In this document: positions 63,070 to 64,000 of the stretch, piece after piece
Numbering within the stretch: the stretch's first letter is position 1
How the letters are laid out: each line of letters starts with the position of its first letter
Source: Eledone cirrhosa
Taxonomy: Eukaryota
DNA length: 64,000 bases
Direction of reading: 5' to 3'
Assembly (NCBI GenBank): GCA_964016885.1
Contig: OZ024742.1
Span: 346,642,001-346,706,000, forward strand
Position numbers and translations under genes: made by a program
Notes under the pieces: generated by a model
Seen by the model: the letters and a program-made list of their open reading frames with translations, nothing else
What the model was told of the DNA's origin: nothing
Databases searched by the model: none

Positions 63070-64000
63070 GATATTTGTATTATAAGCCTACATTAAGATA
63101 CTTGTAATATAAGCCTACATTAAGATAATTGTATTATAAGCCTACATTAAGATACTTGTAATATAAGCCTAAATTAAGATACTTGTATTATAAGCCCACA
63201 TTAAGATACTTGTAATATAAGCCAACATTAAGATACTTGTATTATAAGCCTACATTAAGATACTTGGAATATAAGCCTACATTAAGATACTTGTATTATA
63301 AGCCAATATTAAGATACTTGTATTATAATCCCACATTAAGATACTTGTAATATAAGCTTACATTAAGATACTTGTATTATAAGCCCACATTAAGATACTT
63401 GTATTATAATCCCACATTAAGATACTTGTAATATAAGCCTACATTAAGATACTTGTATTATAAGCCCACATTAAGATACGTGTAATATAAGCCAACATTA
63501 AGATACTTGTAATATAAGCCTAAATTAAGATGCTCGTAATATAAGCCTCCATTAAGATACTTGTATTATAAGCCTACATTAAGATACTTGTATTATAAGC
63601 CAACATTAAGATACTTGTAATATAAGTCTACATTAAGATACTTGTAATATAAGCCTACATAAAGATACTTGTATTATAAGCCTACATTAAGATACTTGTA
63701 TTATAAGCCTACATTAAGATACTTGTAATATAAGCCAACATTAAGATACTTGTAATATAAGCCAACATTAAGATACTTGTATTATAAGCCTACATTAAGA
63801 TACTTGTAATATAAGCCCACATTAAGATACTTGTAATATAAGCCTACATTAAGATACGTGTAATATAAGCCTACATTAAGATACTTGTAATATAAGCCTA
63901 CATTAAGATACATGTAATATAAGCCTTCATTAAGATACTTGTAATATAAGCCTACTTTAAGATACTTGTATTATAAGCCTACATTAAGATACTTGTATTA

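Larger units (their letters stand above)
1..64000. repeat. 27-bp tandem satellite array, about 2,370 monomers, consensus GATACTTGTAWTATAAGCCNACATTAA; runs off both window ends
   Basis: Period read directly: lines spaced 540 bp (20 monomers) apart start at monomer position 1 (1, 541, 1081 ... 29701; then 29761...; 36301...; 40681...; 48301 ... 63961). (64000-24)/27 = 2369.5 units. Most monomers differ from consensus at 0-3 sites, mainly position 11 (A/T), position 20 (T>C,A>G) and positions 17/21. Confidence 0.99.

Noticed and set aside
1-64000. CRISPR array
   Set aside because: The repeat length is CRISPR-like, but monomers abut directly with no spacers, leader or cas genes.
1-64000. Telomerase-synthesised or reverse-transcriptase-templated repeat
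   Set aside because: No G-rich strand, and variants are inherited in ordered multi-kb blocks. That points to DNA-level duplication, not repeated copying of one short template. A recombination-maintained chromosome end is not excluded.
1-64000. Variant string as an information-bearing code or strict 54-bp A/T dimer
   Set aside because: A/T alternation at position 11 is only local, with runs of 7 or more A-type monomers, and the variant order is explained by duplication history.

Overview
The whole 64 kb is one uninterrupted, head-to-tail, single-orientation tandem array of an AT-rich (about 26% GC) 27-bp monomer, consensus GATACTTGTAWTATAAGCCNACATTAA, in about 2,370 copies. I see no unique sequence, credible gene, RNA gene, transposon or CRISPR spacer. 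The listed ORFs are translations of the repeat itself. The 27-bp register holds throughout except for four copies of one 6-bp duplication (29755, 36187, 40216, 47944). Rare monomer variants act as barcodes. They reveal nested and overlapping block duplications offset by whole monomers (e.g. 10, 78, 103, 238, 286, 455), some with identifiable recombinant junction monomers, and three subfamily domains. This looks like satellite DNA (centromeric, heterochromatic or subtelomeric type; organism not identifiable). Two oddities deserve a test: the main A/T polymorphism sits on the dyad axis of a 13-bp palindrome, and the commonest variable sites share one codon phase. The sequence alone does not support a new protein-coding system.
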